Source of the DNA: an uncultured Saprospiraceae bacterium
Lineage (GTDB): Bacteria > Bacteroidota > Bacteroidia > Chitinophagales > Saprospiraceae
DNA: 49,395 bases
Assembly (NCBI GenBank): GCA_964458135.1
Contig: CAYWHT010000001.1
Span: 1-49,395, forward strand
Reading direction: 5' to 3'
In this document: positions 1 to 8,341 of the stretch, piece after piece
Position numbering within the stretch: the stretch's first letter is position 1
Layout of the letters: every line of letters begins with the position of its first letter
Program-made: the position numbers and the translations under genes
Notes under the pieces: model-generated
Seen by the model: the letters and a program-made list of their open reading frames with translations, nothing else
What the model was told of the DNA's origin: nothing
Database searches by the model: none

Positions 1-137
1 AATATAGCGATCCGTGGTAACATAACTCTTACCTCACCTACAGTTCGGGCATAATAATATTCTATAAGCAATCTATAAATCTCGTTAAATTGCCAAACTT
101 AAACTTTTATAAAATTTCGCAAAAATTGAAAAGCAAG

Positions 138-168
138 AAAAAACGCCCCAAGCCCGGAACTTGGAGCG
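138..168 (-). terminator. Rho-independent terminator candidate
   Basis: On the minus strand a 9-bp stem forms (160-168 pairs with 144-152, including one G-U pair) with a 7-nt loop. It is followed by a T6 run (138-143). It lies about 50 nt downstream of the stop of the small ORF 218-364. Confidence 0.5.
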
Positions 169-217
169 CAATTGCCGAGTTAGGCTAGCCTGCCAAAATC
201 ATCATTGAAGTAACGAT

Positions 218-364
218 CTATTTGTTTTTGCGGTTGTTTTGAGCGGCACGGAGTGCGTCGCGAGCGCCAGCTTCGCTGTTCCCACGACCGATATTGCCCT
301 TTGAATCTTGGGCATAGTAACCGCCGTACATACTCTTTCCGACTGTGACTCGTTCAGACCCCAT
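218..364 (-). CDS. Small hypothetical protein, 48 aa (MGSERVTVGKSMYGGYYAQDSKGNIGRGNSEAGARDALRAAQNNRKNK)
   Basis: The ORF is below the length cut-off of the ORF track. The ATG at 362-364 is preceded by a consensus AAGGAG (373-378 on the plus strand) with an 8-nt spacer. The stop is TAG at 218-220, and a terminator hairpin follows. Confidence 0.4.
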   Translation of the reverse strand: MGSERVTVGKSMYGGYYAQDSKGNIGRGNSEAGARDALRAAQNNRKNK

Positions 365-646
365 AGTAATTGCTCCTTTTGTTCGTACTACTTTGCTTCA
401 GAAATCGGAAGGTCGGTCGCTAGCGGACTTCTAAATCATCCGTTCTCAACCTCCCTACTGTATAAATGGGAAGAATCTCGACTTTTATGCAACTTGAGGG
501 AATTTTTTTGGCAACAACTCGGAGATTTGGCTCTCATCCACCGAGTCCCCGCCGCATCACCCTTAACCCAACTGTGGTAGCAGTGAAATGCCAAGAGAGC
601 CACTCCCGAGCTGACCCCTACCAACCAGACGATTGGGTCATCGGTC

Positions 647-726
647 AAAAAAGCACCCGAAACCCTTGTCCGGATCCGGAAGGAAGGTTGCTCTATTGAG
701 ATCCAATCCTCCTGAGACAAGGGTTT
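647..726 (-). terminator. Long hairpin plus T-run, possible terminator of the pentapeptide gene
   Basis: A perfect 11-bp stem AAACCCTTGTC/GACAAGGGTTT (660-670 / 716-726) encloses a 45-nt loop with a nested GGATC/GATCC stem. On the minus strand a T6 run (647-652) follows 7 nt after the stem. The structure lies 65 nt downstream of the stop at 791. Confidence 0.3.
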
Positions 727-790
727 GAGGGCAAGCCAATAGAAATCCTTTCGGACTTTAGTCCCGTTCGACAACGGATAGCGCTCGACC

Positions 791-1375
791 TCATCGAGCG
801 GTGAAATGCTGTTTGACCAGGCGTCCGCCGAGCGGCAGCCGCAACCTTGTCAAAGCGACATCGCTCCCGATCGCCTGCACGAAGTTGGTGTCTTCTAAAT
901 TAGCTCCGGTGAGGTTGACGGCACTGAGATTGGCATACGAGAGATTAGCGGCAATTAAGTTCGCCCAAGTTAGGTTGGCATAACTGAGGTCAGCTGCACT
1001 GAAATTGACGCTAATGGCGTGGCAGCGACTGAGATTGCCTCCAACCAAACTGGCTTGGAATAGATTGGCACCGTCTAAAAACGCGCCGGTTAAATTGGCA
1101 CGATCGAGCTGGGTGCGACTGAAGTTGGCGTTGAGGAGCGCCGCGTGGCTCAAATCACAACCGGTTAATTCGCTATCCACCAGCACCAGATTGCTCAAAT
1201 CCAGCCCCCGCAAATCGGCATCTGACAGCCGCACGGACTGGAACCGTCGCTCTCCCGCTGCCACGCGCCGCTGGAATTCAGCCGCCGTCATCGCGGTTTT
1301 GGAGCGATCGTCGTCGCGGCGGATGGCGGAACGATGGCGAGTGCCTTTCAACCTGGCTTCGATCCATCCAAACAT
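791..1375 (-). CDS. Pentapeptide-repeat protein
   Basis: There is a continuous run of A(D/N)LXX-type pentapeptides (ADLRGLDLSNLVLVDSELTGCDLSHAALLNANFSRTQLDRANLTGAFLDGANLFQASL...ANLSYANLSAVNLTGANLEDTNF). I prefer the ATG at 1375 (GGAG 8 nt upstream) over the TTG at 1399 used by the ORF track. Confidence 0.9.
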   Translation of the reverse strand: MFGWIEARLKGTRHRSAIRRDDDRSKTAMTAAEFQRRVAAGERRFQSVRLSDADLRGLDLSNLVLVDSELTGCDLSHAALLNANFSRTQLDRANLTGAFLDGANLFQASLVGGNLSRCHAISVNFSAADLSYANLTWANLIAANLSYANLSAVNLTGANLEDTNFVQAIGSDVALTRLRLPLGGRLVKQHFTAR

Positions 1376-1493
1376 GATAAGTTCTCCAGGTAATGGCAAT
1401 AGATTGACCAGCGCCCAACAATTGTCCGACCGATCGAATTAGCGCGACCGCCTGGGGATTCATTCGGGAAATCCAAGCGAGCGCGCCCGAGTT

Positions 1494-2258
1494 TCAATCA
1501 GCAACCGACCCCCACAGTTGCGGAACCTTGCGAGCGATGTTTTCTCGCAGGCGCGCGACGATCTCGATGGCAAGAGCGTAGAGGTCGTTCGTCGCATCTG
1601 CGAGTTCGACCAATTGCAAATCGGGGTGGGGATGGCGAGCGAGTTGCCGTCCGAGGCGGCGCGGACGCAGGAACTCGTGTAGGTAAGCCAAGCCGTAGCG
1701 CAAATCGTTGGTTCGCTTGAGCAGGTTCGTATAGCAAGGCGCAACTCCCGACTCGACGCTGGGTTCGGGAGGATCGGGATGGTTCCGAGCGATCGCCATT
1801 AGCCGGTCGAGCAGTTCGATAGTTTGACCGAAATTCCGGGTCAGCTCGAAACTCTGTTCGGGACTGAGAATTTGTTGATTGTGACTCTTGTCTGCCAACC
1901 TCATCACCCATTCGCTCAGATTCACAACCAACGGCGGCAACTCCGACTCGATCTGCTCTAAATCTCGAAATAGCACCCGAGCGCGTTTTTTGGAAGTTAG
2001 TTTTCCCTGGTGTGCCAACCGTGCTACTTCTATCAACTGAGGCAGGGCGTCGCAACGTCCGCTGCGACGGTACTGTGCGAGGAAACGCAGCAACACCGTG
2101 CGATCGCTCGGTTGTTGTCTTTCGCTCGGTCTGACGGGATCCGCTACTTTCTCAACAGGAGCAACAGGCATAAGATGCGCGTCCTGGCGGCGGTAGGGAT
2201 CCTCCGAGTTGGGAGAGTTATAAGCTGCTCGCATGGGAATAACTTTCCTTCTCCTCAT
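1494..2258 (-). CDS. Hypothetical protein (254 aa)
   Basis: This is the longest ORF at this locus and has an ATG start. The overlapping same-strand ORF 1498-2055 is Arg/Ser-rich and looks like an off-frame artefact. No motif was recognised. Confidence 0.5.
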   Translation of the reverse strand: MRRRKVIPMRAAYNSPNSEDPYRRQDAHLMPVAPVEKVADPVRPSERQQPSDRTVLLRFLAQYRRSGRCDALPQLIEVARLAHQGKLTSKKRARVLFRDLEQIESELPPLVVNLSEWVMRLADKSHNQQILSPEQSFELTRNFGQTIELLDRLMAIARNHPDPPEPSVESGVAPCYTNLLKRTNDLRYGLAYLHEFLRPRRLGRQLARHPHPDLQLVELADATNDLYALAIEIVARLRENIARKVPQLWGSVAD

Positions 2259-2390
2259 AATTAGCTGAGAGAGATCGTCCGACTCCTGGGGACAATCGCC
2301 TTAACAATCAACTGGGCGTAAACGTTCAATTTATGCCTAACTTCTTCGTCCGACTCTAGATGGGACACAAACGTCAGAAGTCATGCATTT

Positions 2391-3593
2391 TTACTTGGAA
2401 CTTGAAACTTCGTCGCTCGCCGCTCGGATTAAATCATCTAAATAGGCGCTTACCGCTTCACCAACAGCATCATTGCGAGACATTTCCGTATCTTCCCGAC
2501 GAGCGTGAGCCAGTACGAGCCAACAAGCTGTCCCACTGGTCGCCATCGATAAAATTAGGAAGAACAGCGGGAATCCCAATCCAGCCAGATCGAAGTGTAT
2601 CAGCTTGTTGTGGAGGTTAATCGCCGCCAGGCGAATCGTTTCCGTGCCAGAGTGCAATTCGTAATTTTCGTTAAAATGGCGGGCAAATAATTGCGGCATC
2701 TCTTGCTCCAAAAACAGCACGTCATCGCCAATTTGCTGGCGTCGCGCCAGCTTTTGTGCCCAGGCTTGTCGAGCCTCTCGCTTCGGTTTCGCCGCTTGCT
2801 TTTCCAGGCGCAACACGCGCTGCTCTAGGGGTAAGTTCTCCGGTGAAACTTGGCTCCAATCGCGATGGCGCTCTACCCAGCGACCGAACAACTTCACGTA
2901 GAGCGCATCCCACTTGGGATCGTCTTTTTGCGTGTTCTGATACTTGCGTAACGTCGCCTCATAGTCCTGACGAGCCCTCTCCACCTCGATACTGGTAACG
3001 GGCATATCCTCAAGATTTCGGCTTTGCCGTTCGATTAATTCCAAGGCTTTGAGGCGAGCCAGTTGCGGGCGGTTGTTCATGGCTTCGCTGCCCACTCCGG
3101 CGGCAACGGATTGCAGCAGGCTCATGGCGAGCATTGCCGCCGCACCAGCCCGCGCCCAGGCGCGGTTGCCGGACTTGCGCCCGGCGACCGCCGTCCCGTT
3201 ATCGTTGGTAAATTTAATGATTAGCAGGTTGAGGACGAGACTGGCACCGATGGCAAAGACATTGCCAAAATCCTTGAAGGCAAAGAATAAAATCGGTTGG
3301 TTCGTAATAGAATTTAACAGGCTGCCAATGCTGACCACACGAGCGGTCAGCCGTGAATGATCTACCAATTCATCGGTCACGAGGTTTTGACCATGAAATT
3401 CGTCAGCATTGGCAAACAGAAGGTTTTTCAGGAAAAGTAGCGGTAGCGCGACTTGGGCGATCGCTCGTTTTAGACCATCAGGAGTTGAGTCGTTCTGGAG
3501 GAGTTCGGGCTTCAGTTCCCGCAAAGTATCAGATGCTTGTTGGGATTCTTCCCTCGGATCGGGGATCGAGAAGGAGTCGAATTTAGCAGTCAT
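2391..3593 (-). CDS. Hypothetical membrane protein with central coiled-coil
   Basis: Hydrophobic helices are present (for example AGAAAMLAMSLLQSVAAGVG and GFPLFFLILSMATSGTACWLVLA). They flank a charged helical region (ERARQDYEATLRKYQ...LEKQAAKPKREARQAWAQKLARRQQ). The ATG at 3593 is preferred over the GTG at 3632. Confidence 0.55.
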   Translation of the reverse strand: MTAKFDSFSIPDPREESQQASDTLRELKPELLQNDSTPDGLKRAIAQVALPLLFLKNLLFANADEFHGQNLVTDELVDHSRLTARVVSIGSLLNSITNQPILFFAFKDFGNVFAIGASLVLNLLIIKFTNDNGTAVAGRKSGNRAWARAGAAAMLAMSLLQSVAAGVGSEAMNNRPQLARLKALELIERQSRNLEDMPVTSIEVERARQDYEATLRKYQNTQKDDPKWDALYVKLFGRWVERHRDWSQVSPENLPLEQRVLRLEKQAAKPKREARQAWAQKLARRQQIGDDVLFLEQEMPQLFARHFNENYELHSGTETIRLAAINLHNKLIHFDLAGLGFPLFFLILSMATSGTACWLVLAHARREDTEMSRNDAVGEAVSAYLDDLIRAASDEVSSSK

Positions 3594-3805
3594 GAGTTGA
3601 TCATCCAAACGATTGCAATTCAAGCGAGCCACTATGTTTTGGCTTTAAATCGTTTCTGGGTCAGGAAGAGTTTTTTATGCATCCGAGACCTCTACGCTCG
3701 CCTGCTGATGTTGCAGATGTTAACGATCGCGCGCCAAGCGGGTCGATTGGAGTTAGGGTAAGCGTATCGAGAGGAGTGGTGCGACAAAAGTTAGGTTTTG
3801 TTGCC

Positions 3806-4018
3806 ATGATGCCGCCTATGAAGACCCATCCCTGCCTCACGGCGATCGAGACGGACGCGGAGCTGCTGCGCTGGTGGCTGTCCGGTCGCGCGCGCACGAC
3901 GTACGGCGTCTATCGCGGCACCGCCCGCCAGTTTTTGGCGTTCCTGGGCAAGCCGCTACGCGACGCTCGGGTCGAGGATATTTTATTATGGCTCGAATCG
4001 TTTCAATTGAGACTCTAG
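3806..4018 (+). pseudogene. Truncated tyrosine recombinase (N-terminal SAM-like domain only)
   Basis: AELLRWWLSGRARTTYGVYRGTARQFLAFLGKPLRDARVEDILLWLESF fits the core-binding pattern of the phage-integrase N-terminal domain. The frame stops after about 70 aa, and no catalytic R..HxxR..Y domain follows in any frame. Confidence 0.5.
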
Positions 4019-4069
4019 ACAAGGACGAGTTTGGCTGCGAGAGTTAAATTTTACGCCCTTTTTTCGGCA

Positions 4070-4408
4070 ATGGCACCCAACAAATACACCTGGTTCCTGC
4101 AAGAATATGGAGAGGCGATCGCGGCAATTGCCTGGAGCAAGCATCGAATTGACGGAATTGGTGCCGTAACGGTCGCGATGTTCCAAAACGGAAACTTTAA
4201 GGTCGGCTATCGACCCCGCGATCGCTGTTCGGAGCGAGTGCAGTCGCTGTTAGATAGCACCGACCCCAATACAAGCATTGTCGTCCGTTTTCAAGACGGC
4301 ACGGTCGTGCAGTTTTCGCCAGATCCGCCGCCGGAGGCTTGCTATCAAAAAATGAATCTCCGACGCAGCGAATTCACGGCTCGGACAACCAAGAACTTTC
4401 GCTGGTAA
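4070..4408 (+). CDS. Hypothetical protein (112 aa)
   Basis: The ORF has an ATG at 4070 (the ORF track starts at the TTG at 4031). No motif was recognised. Confidence 0.4.
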   Translation: MAPNKYTWFLQEYGEAIAAIAWSKHRIDGIGAVTVAMFQNGNFKVGYRPRDRCSERVQSLLDSTDPNTSIVVRFQDGTVVQFSPDPPPEACYQKMNLRRSEFTARTTKNFRW

Positions 4409-4466
4409 GTTGCCCGATGGACAAACCGTGGCTGATAGTTAGGCGATCGCGGGCATTGCCGTTACT

Positions 4467-4973
4467 CTAATCTTTGTACCAGAGATAGCGCCCTAAGTTA
4501 AAGAGCGCAGCACAGCGCCGTAATGCCTTTGCTTGTGCATTAGATGAAGGATCGCCAAACGAACTTTCTTCCATATATACTTCCCTGGTTGTTCTGTCGA
4601 ACTTTTCTTCTAACAGATTCACAGAGCCATAAGCAGAACGGCTGACAACTCCATCCTTACAATGGAGCTTTAATGTCGCGAAAACATAAATTCTGTTCTC
4701 GGCAAACTGAGGCTGAGAAACCGAAAACTCCCAGCCAGGGCAATACTTGTCTAAGATCTCTGTAACGCGATACCAAGGCAAGTACTTCACTCTGGTTCCA
4801 TTACGACGATCGACGATTTTGTTTTTTAGATAGGATTCGGGAAGTTCGCGCCCTAACACTTCAATAGTTTGCCTTATCGTCCATTCCCCAACTGACTTTG
4901 GAGGTTCCGGGGCGTCCTCCTTCCGAGCTTGAGACTGCTGCGATTGGAAGCTGACTACGTTATTATTTACCAT
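4467..4973 (-). CDS. Rad52/Rad22-family single-strand annealing protein (candidate)
   Basis: The C-terminal signature GDPSSNAQAKALRRCAALFNLGRYLWY resembles the Rad52-family (A/S)xKRAxxxFGlGxyLY box. It is preceded by a PGW...beta-rich core (YLPWYRVTEILDKYCPGWEFSV...VFATLKLHCKDGVVSRSAYG). Confidence 0.6.
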   Translation of the reverse strand: MVNNNVVSFQSQQSQARKEDAPEPPKSVGEWTIRQTIEVLGRELPESYLKNKIVDRRNGTRVKYLPWYRVTEILDKYCPGWEFSVSQPQFAENRIYVFATLKLHCKDGVVSRSAYGSVNLLEEKFDRTTREVYMEESSFGDPSSNAQAKALRRCAALFNLGRYLWYKD

Positions 4974-5044
4974 TTTCTATCCCTCTGAAATACAGCTACA
5001 GCTAAGGTCAGGGGATTCCTCCCCTGACTATCTCTATCATTTAT

Positions 5045-5383
5045 TTAGAATTCATCACATTCATCATCTCCCATAATAGGAGTGGGATAAATCTGCTCAA
5101 TGCAGTCTAATTTCCAGCCATTACCGAGAAGCGCAGGAGCTTCCATCAAAGCATCCCACTCTGCAGTATGGCGGTTCTCCGAGCAGACAATCAAATCCTT
5201 CTCCTCGCGAAATGAATTAACTAATTCGTCTCCGCGAATAACATCGCATTCACGCGAGAATACGGCACGAAAGACACTGTTATTGTCAACAACCAATGCA
5301 TTGGCTGATAAATGATTTTGAGCGTTGCATTGAGGCGCTGTTGCAACCATAATACTCCTAGTTTTTGTCGTGACTCTGTTCAT
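5045..5383 (-). CDS. Hypothetical acidic protein (112 aa)
   Basis: The ORF track starts at the TTG at 5389. The first ATG is at 5383 and coincides with the predicted transcription start of the minus-strand promoter, so the mRNA may be leaderless. The C-terminus is acidic (MGDDECDEF). Confidence 0.5.
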   Translation of the reverse strand: MNRVTTKTRSIMVATAPQCNAQNHLSANALVVDNNSVFRAVFSRECDVIRGDELVNSFREEKDLIVCSENRHTAEWDALMEAPALLGNGWKLDCIEQIYPTPIMGDDECDEF

Positions 5384-5472
5384 TTTCAATACTAATAAAT
5401 GTCGGGCAAATTTGTCAAGAGAGTTGACAAAAAAACTACAGTAAATTACTATAGTAAATGAACAGAGTCACG
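5369..5472. promoter_or_regulatory. Palindromic back-to-back promoter region
   Basis: The plus strand carries TTGACA (5424-5429), a 17-nt spacer and TACTAT (5447-5452). The minus strand carries TTGACA (reverse complement of 5413-5418), an 18-nt spacer and TAGTAT (reverse complement of 5389-5394). Both are enclosed by a perfect 17-bp inverted repeat, CGTGACTCTGTTCATTT (5369-5385) and AAATGAACAGAGTCACG (5456-5472). Confidence 0.55.
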
Positions 5473-5492
5473 CAACAGAGAGTCAACAAAAA

Positions 5493-6455
5493 ATGTTTGC
5501 ATTTACACCGTTATTCGATCGCATACTAGAGACCGCGATTAAAACCCAGCAAGAGTTGCAAGAGTTGAAAAAGCCTGGTTGGAAACGCTGGCAGGAAATT
5601 TATAAACCAGCAATCGACGCAATTGCACAGGCACTCGATCTCGAAGGAGTCGAGGTTATATCGAAGCCAGAAGAACCCGAACCGGAGCCGGAACCAAAAA
5701 TCGAATATTTATCACCGAATGTAGTCCAAAAAGGGCAGTATTTCGCCTTGGGTTGCAACAACAAACAGCGACTAGCACGCTGGGTTAAAAACTTGGGAAA
5801 GGTCGGAAACCACTTTATCGAGAAAGATGAAGGCGATTTAACGGAAAAAAAATGGGTGTTATTCTGTACTAATCTGCGGCGCGATCGCGCAGAGTGGATT
5901 GCAGAAAATGCGGATGGCTTAGATTTAGAACCAGAAGTTGTTACCGAAGAAACGCCACAACAACCCAACGCTGACGAATCCACCGACCAATCCAACGAAT
6001 CCGAGCCACAGCCGCAACCCGATAAACCTGCTGTAGTTCCGGTGCGGGAGTCTCAGCAATCCGACCAATCCGACGCTGACACGGACGCGCTCATGTTCCA
6101 AAAAGGAGCGAAAGTCAAGGTGGCGACCGATCGGTTCATCCACCTGGGAGTTGAAAAAGGAGCGATCGTAACCCTAATCGGACACCCTACTGCTGGAGCA
6201 GTGGGACGCCCCGCACGCGCACACAACGACCTGGGCGAACCCCGAGTAGTGTTTCTCTGCTCGGAGGAAATGGAGAAAATTGCCGACGCCGACACTGCCG
6301 ACCCTGTTGAATCCAAAATCGAACCCGAGCCTCAATCCTGTAAGGATAAGGACGAAGAATATGACTTCTTCGAGGGCGAGGTTGCTGGCGGTGACGGCAA
6401 CACATGCCCCGCAATCGCCACGACGGTAACGGTAGACGACAACGTGCCGTTCTAA
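5493..6455 (+). CDS. Hypothetical acidic protein (320 aa) ending in an SSB-tip-like DDNVPF
   Basis: This is a long ORF with an ATG start. It has PE/QS-rich acidic low-complexity linkers, and its C-terminus reads ...TVTVDDNVPF. Confidence 0.6.
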   Translation: MFAFTPLFDRILETAIKTQQELQELKKPGWKRWQEIYKPAIDAIAQALDLEGVEVISKPEEPEPEPEPKIEYLSPNVVQKGQYFALGCNNKQRLARWVKNLGKVGNHFIEKDEGDLTEKKWVLFCTNLRRDRAEWIAENADGLDLEPEVVTEETPQQPNADESTDQSNESEPQPQPDKPAVVPVRESQQSDQSDADTDALMFQKGAKVKVATDRFIHLGVEKGAIVTLIGHPTAGAVGRPARAHNDLGEPRVVFLCSEEMEKIADADTADPVESKIEPEPQSCKDKDEEYDFFEGEVAGGDGNTCPAIATTVTVDDNVPF

Positions 6456-6519
6456 TCTAACGCCCATCATCTACACGCTTCACGGTGATGGGCGCTTCAG
6501 CCGCTACCACGCCTCAACT

Positions 6520-7503
6520 ATGAACTTCGACCTCAACAGCTTTGACCGAATCATCATCGCCTGTAGCGGTGGTAAAGATTCAGTCGCATCAACCTTACGC
6601 CTACTAGAACTGGGTGCAGACCCCCGCAAAATTGAGATTTGGCATCATCTCGTCGATGGCAGCAGCGATGAGTTTTTCGACTGGGCTTGCACCCCCAGCT
6701 ATACCCGCGCCTTCTGCGATTTCCTCGGCATCCCGATTTATTTCTCCTGGCGGCAAGGAGGATTTCGGCACGAGATGCTCAAAGAACAGGATTTATCAGC
6801 TCCCGTATTTTTCGAGACGCCTATGGGACTCCAATCGGTAGAGCCGACCGATCGCGCCAAACCCAATACGCGCCGCAAATTCCCGCAGCAATCAGGAAAC
6901 CTTCGTACCCGCTGGTGCAGCGCAGCGCTAAAAATCGAGGTCGCCGACAAAGCGATCTCCAACCAGGAAAGACTCAAAGAGGGCAGATTCCTGTTTGCGA
7001 GCGGCGAACGCGCAGAGGAAAGCGTTCAACGTGCCAAGTACGCGGAATTTGAGCCTCACAGGAAGCAGACCAAAAGCCGGGACATCTGGCACTGGCGACC
7101 TTTGCTGACCTATTCCACGCGCCAGGTATGGGAGATACTCCAGCGCTGGAGTATCCAACCGCACCCAGCCTATCACCTCGGATTCGGTCGATGTAGCTGC
7201 ATGAGTTGCATTTTCCTCGGAGACAATGACCTAGCAGTGCTGCGCCAAATCGCACTCGATCGCCTCGAAGAAATCGCCCGGTACGAACGCGACTTTGCCC
7301 GACCCGACAAAGGATTTAGCGGTACGATCGCGCGCAGCGGCGAAACTATCCTCGATCGCTCTGCCAAAACGACACCACGCCAATTCGATCCTCAATGGGC
7401 AGAACACGCCCTCAACAAAGATTGGCAATTGCCAATCTACGAACCGAACTGGGAACTTCCCATTGGCGCAGTTGCCGGAAATATCGCCGGAGGATCGCCA
7501 TGA
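6520..7503 (+). CDS. PP-loop ATP pyrophosphatase of the PAPS-reductase/DndC-like family
   Basis: It carries an N-terminal PP-loop IIIACSGGKDSVAS and a downstream RWCSAALKIE box. A Cys cluster GRCSCMSCIF is typical of mobile-element PAPS-reductase-like proteins. Confidence 0.8.
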   Translation: MNFDLNSFDRIIIACSGGKDSVASTLRLLELGADPRKIEIWHHLVDGSSDEFFDWACTPSYTRAFCDFLGIPIYFSWRQGGFRHEMLKEQDLSAPVFFETPMGLQSVEPTDRAKPNTRRKFPQQSGNLRTRWCSAALKIEVADKAISNQERLKEGRFLFASGERAEESVQRAKYAEFEPHRKQTKSRDIWHWRPLLTYSTRQVWEILQRWSIQPHPAYHLGFGRCSCMSCIFLGDNDLAVLRQIALDRLEEIARYERDFARPDKGFSGTIARSGETILDRSAKTTPRQFDPQWAEHALNKDWQLPIYEPNWELPIGAVAGNIAGGSP

Positions 7504-7637
7504 TGGATAACCGCTGCCCCTACTGCAATGCCCCTCTCCGCAGGGGGAATAACGAGGAAATCTACGGCAAGCGCTACGGACACGGGAAAGCCGCCAAGTC
7601 GCTCTGCAATCTGTTTGCAATTTTTTTAACCAGTTAA
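7500..7637 (+). CDS. Small Cys-containing peptide (45 aa), translationally coupled
   Basis: The ATG at 7500 overlaps the TGA of the upstream gene (ATGA). A GGAGGA box (7489-7494) lies 5 nt upstream. The peptide MMDNRCPYCNAPLRRG... has a single CxxC. Confidence 0.3.
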   Translation: MMDNRCPYCNAPLRRGNNEEIYGKRYGHGKAAKSLCNLFAIFLTS

Positions 7638-7659
7638 AGGCACAAATGGAGGTAGATAA

Positions 7660-7926
7660 ATGATTCGCAAATATTATATTTATGGCTGGTTTTGCGACCT
7701 AAGTAACTGGGGGTTAAATGTAGGAATTCAGCGATTTAGCCTTACAATTTTTGCTCATTTTTTTAGCGATGGTTTTATCGAAATAGGTATCGATTTACCT
7801 TGGGAACCAGTAAATTATTGGCTAGAGCGGCATCAATTCAAATGGTTTTATTGGCAGCCCGATACTTCCCTACCTTGGAAGTGGCAGCGCCCTGAAGATT
7901 TTGAAAGCAAAGGCATTCCATTCTAG
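7660..7926 (+). CDS. Hypothetical Trp-rich protein (88 aa)
   Basis: The ATG at 7660 has a GGAGG box 7 nt upstream. No motif was recognised. The protein ends ...ESKGIPF. Confidence 0.45.
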   Translation: MIRKYYIYGWFCDLSNWGLNVGIQRFSLTIFAHFFSDGFIEIGIDLPWEPVNYWLERHQFKWFYWQPDTSLPWKWQRPEDFESKGIPF

Positions 7927-8014
7927 TCTAGGCGATCGTTGTTCCGCAAATATCGCAGTTCTTCTTCATTATAGAAACTCAAGATTTTCTTTAAGGACGA
8001 TCTTCTTGTCACTA

Positions 8015-8341
8015 CTAGCTCACCCACCACAATACACGGGACGAGCAGAACCCAAGAAGAATCACGACAATTGTAACCAGCAAAATTGCAGACTTCTTAG
8101 CATTGGCAATCCCTACTTGCTTAATCTGGATAAACCATCTATAGATCGGGATTGCCATCGCAAAAGCTGGTAGAAACGACAATAAAATTAGTAGAACCCA
8201 CTGGATTAGGACAGGCAACTGATATTTCTGGACGAGTGCAGTCAGCAAAATATTATTAATCTCTACCTTGGTGGGAAAAATCGTGAATGCAAATGCTATA
8301 GCAATCGGCACCTTGTATTTGCTTGGATTTAAAAAAATCAT
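8015..8341 (-). CDS. Small integral membrane protein (108 aa)
   Basis: Three hydrophobic helices are predicted (for example VPIAIAFAFTIFP, LPVLIQWVLLILLSFLPAFAMAIPI and AILLVTIVVILLGF). The ATG is at 8341. Confidence 0.5.
   Translation of the reverse strand: MIFLNPSKYKVPIAIAFAFTIFPTKVEINNILLTALVQKYQLPVLIQWVLLILLSFLPAFAMAIPIYRWFIQIKQVGIANAKKSAILLVTIVVILLGFCSSRVLWWVS

Noticed and set aside
308-774. Three overlapping ORFs (308-580 plus strand, 466-699 plus strand, 436-774 minus strand)
   Set aside because: They are mutually overlapping and have non-ATG or unsupported starts without SD boxes. No motifs were recognised. Part of the region is occupied by a long hairpin that fits a terminator for the pentapeptide gene.
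5007-5028. 9-bp GC-rich hairpin (GTCAGGGGA ttcc TCCCCTGAC) between the 112-aa gene and the Rad52-like gene
   Set aside because: No T-run follows on the minus (coding) strand, so it is not a canonical terminator. It may be an RNA processing or stability element, but I have no further support.
5458-5529. 23-codon plus-strand ORF starting at the ATG inside the right arm of the 17-bp inverted repeat
   Set aside because: It is out of frame with the 320-aa gene and overlaps that gene's start. It is most likely just the mirror image of the real minus-strand start codon created by the palindrome. It is noted within the promoter finding rather than called as a gene.
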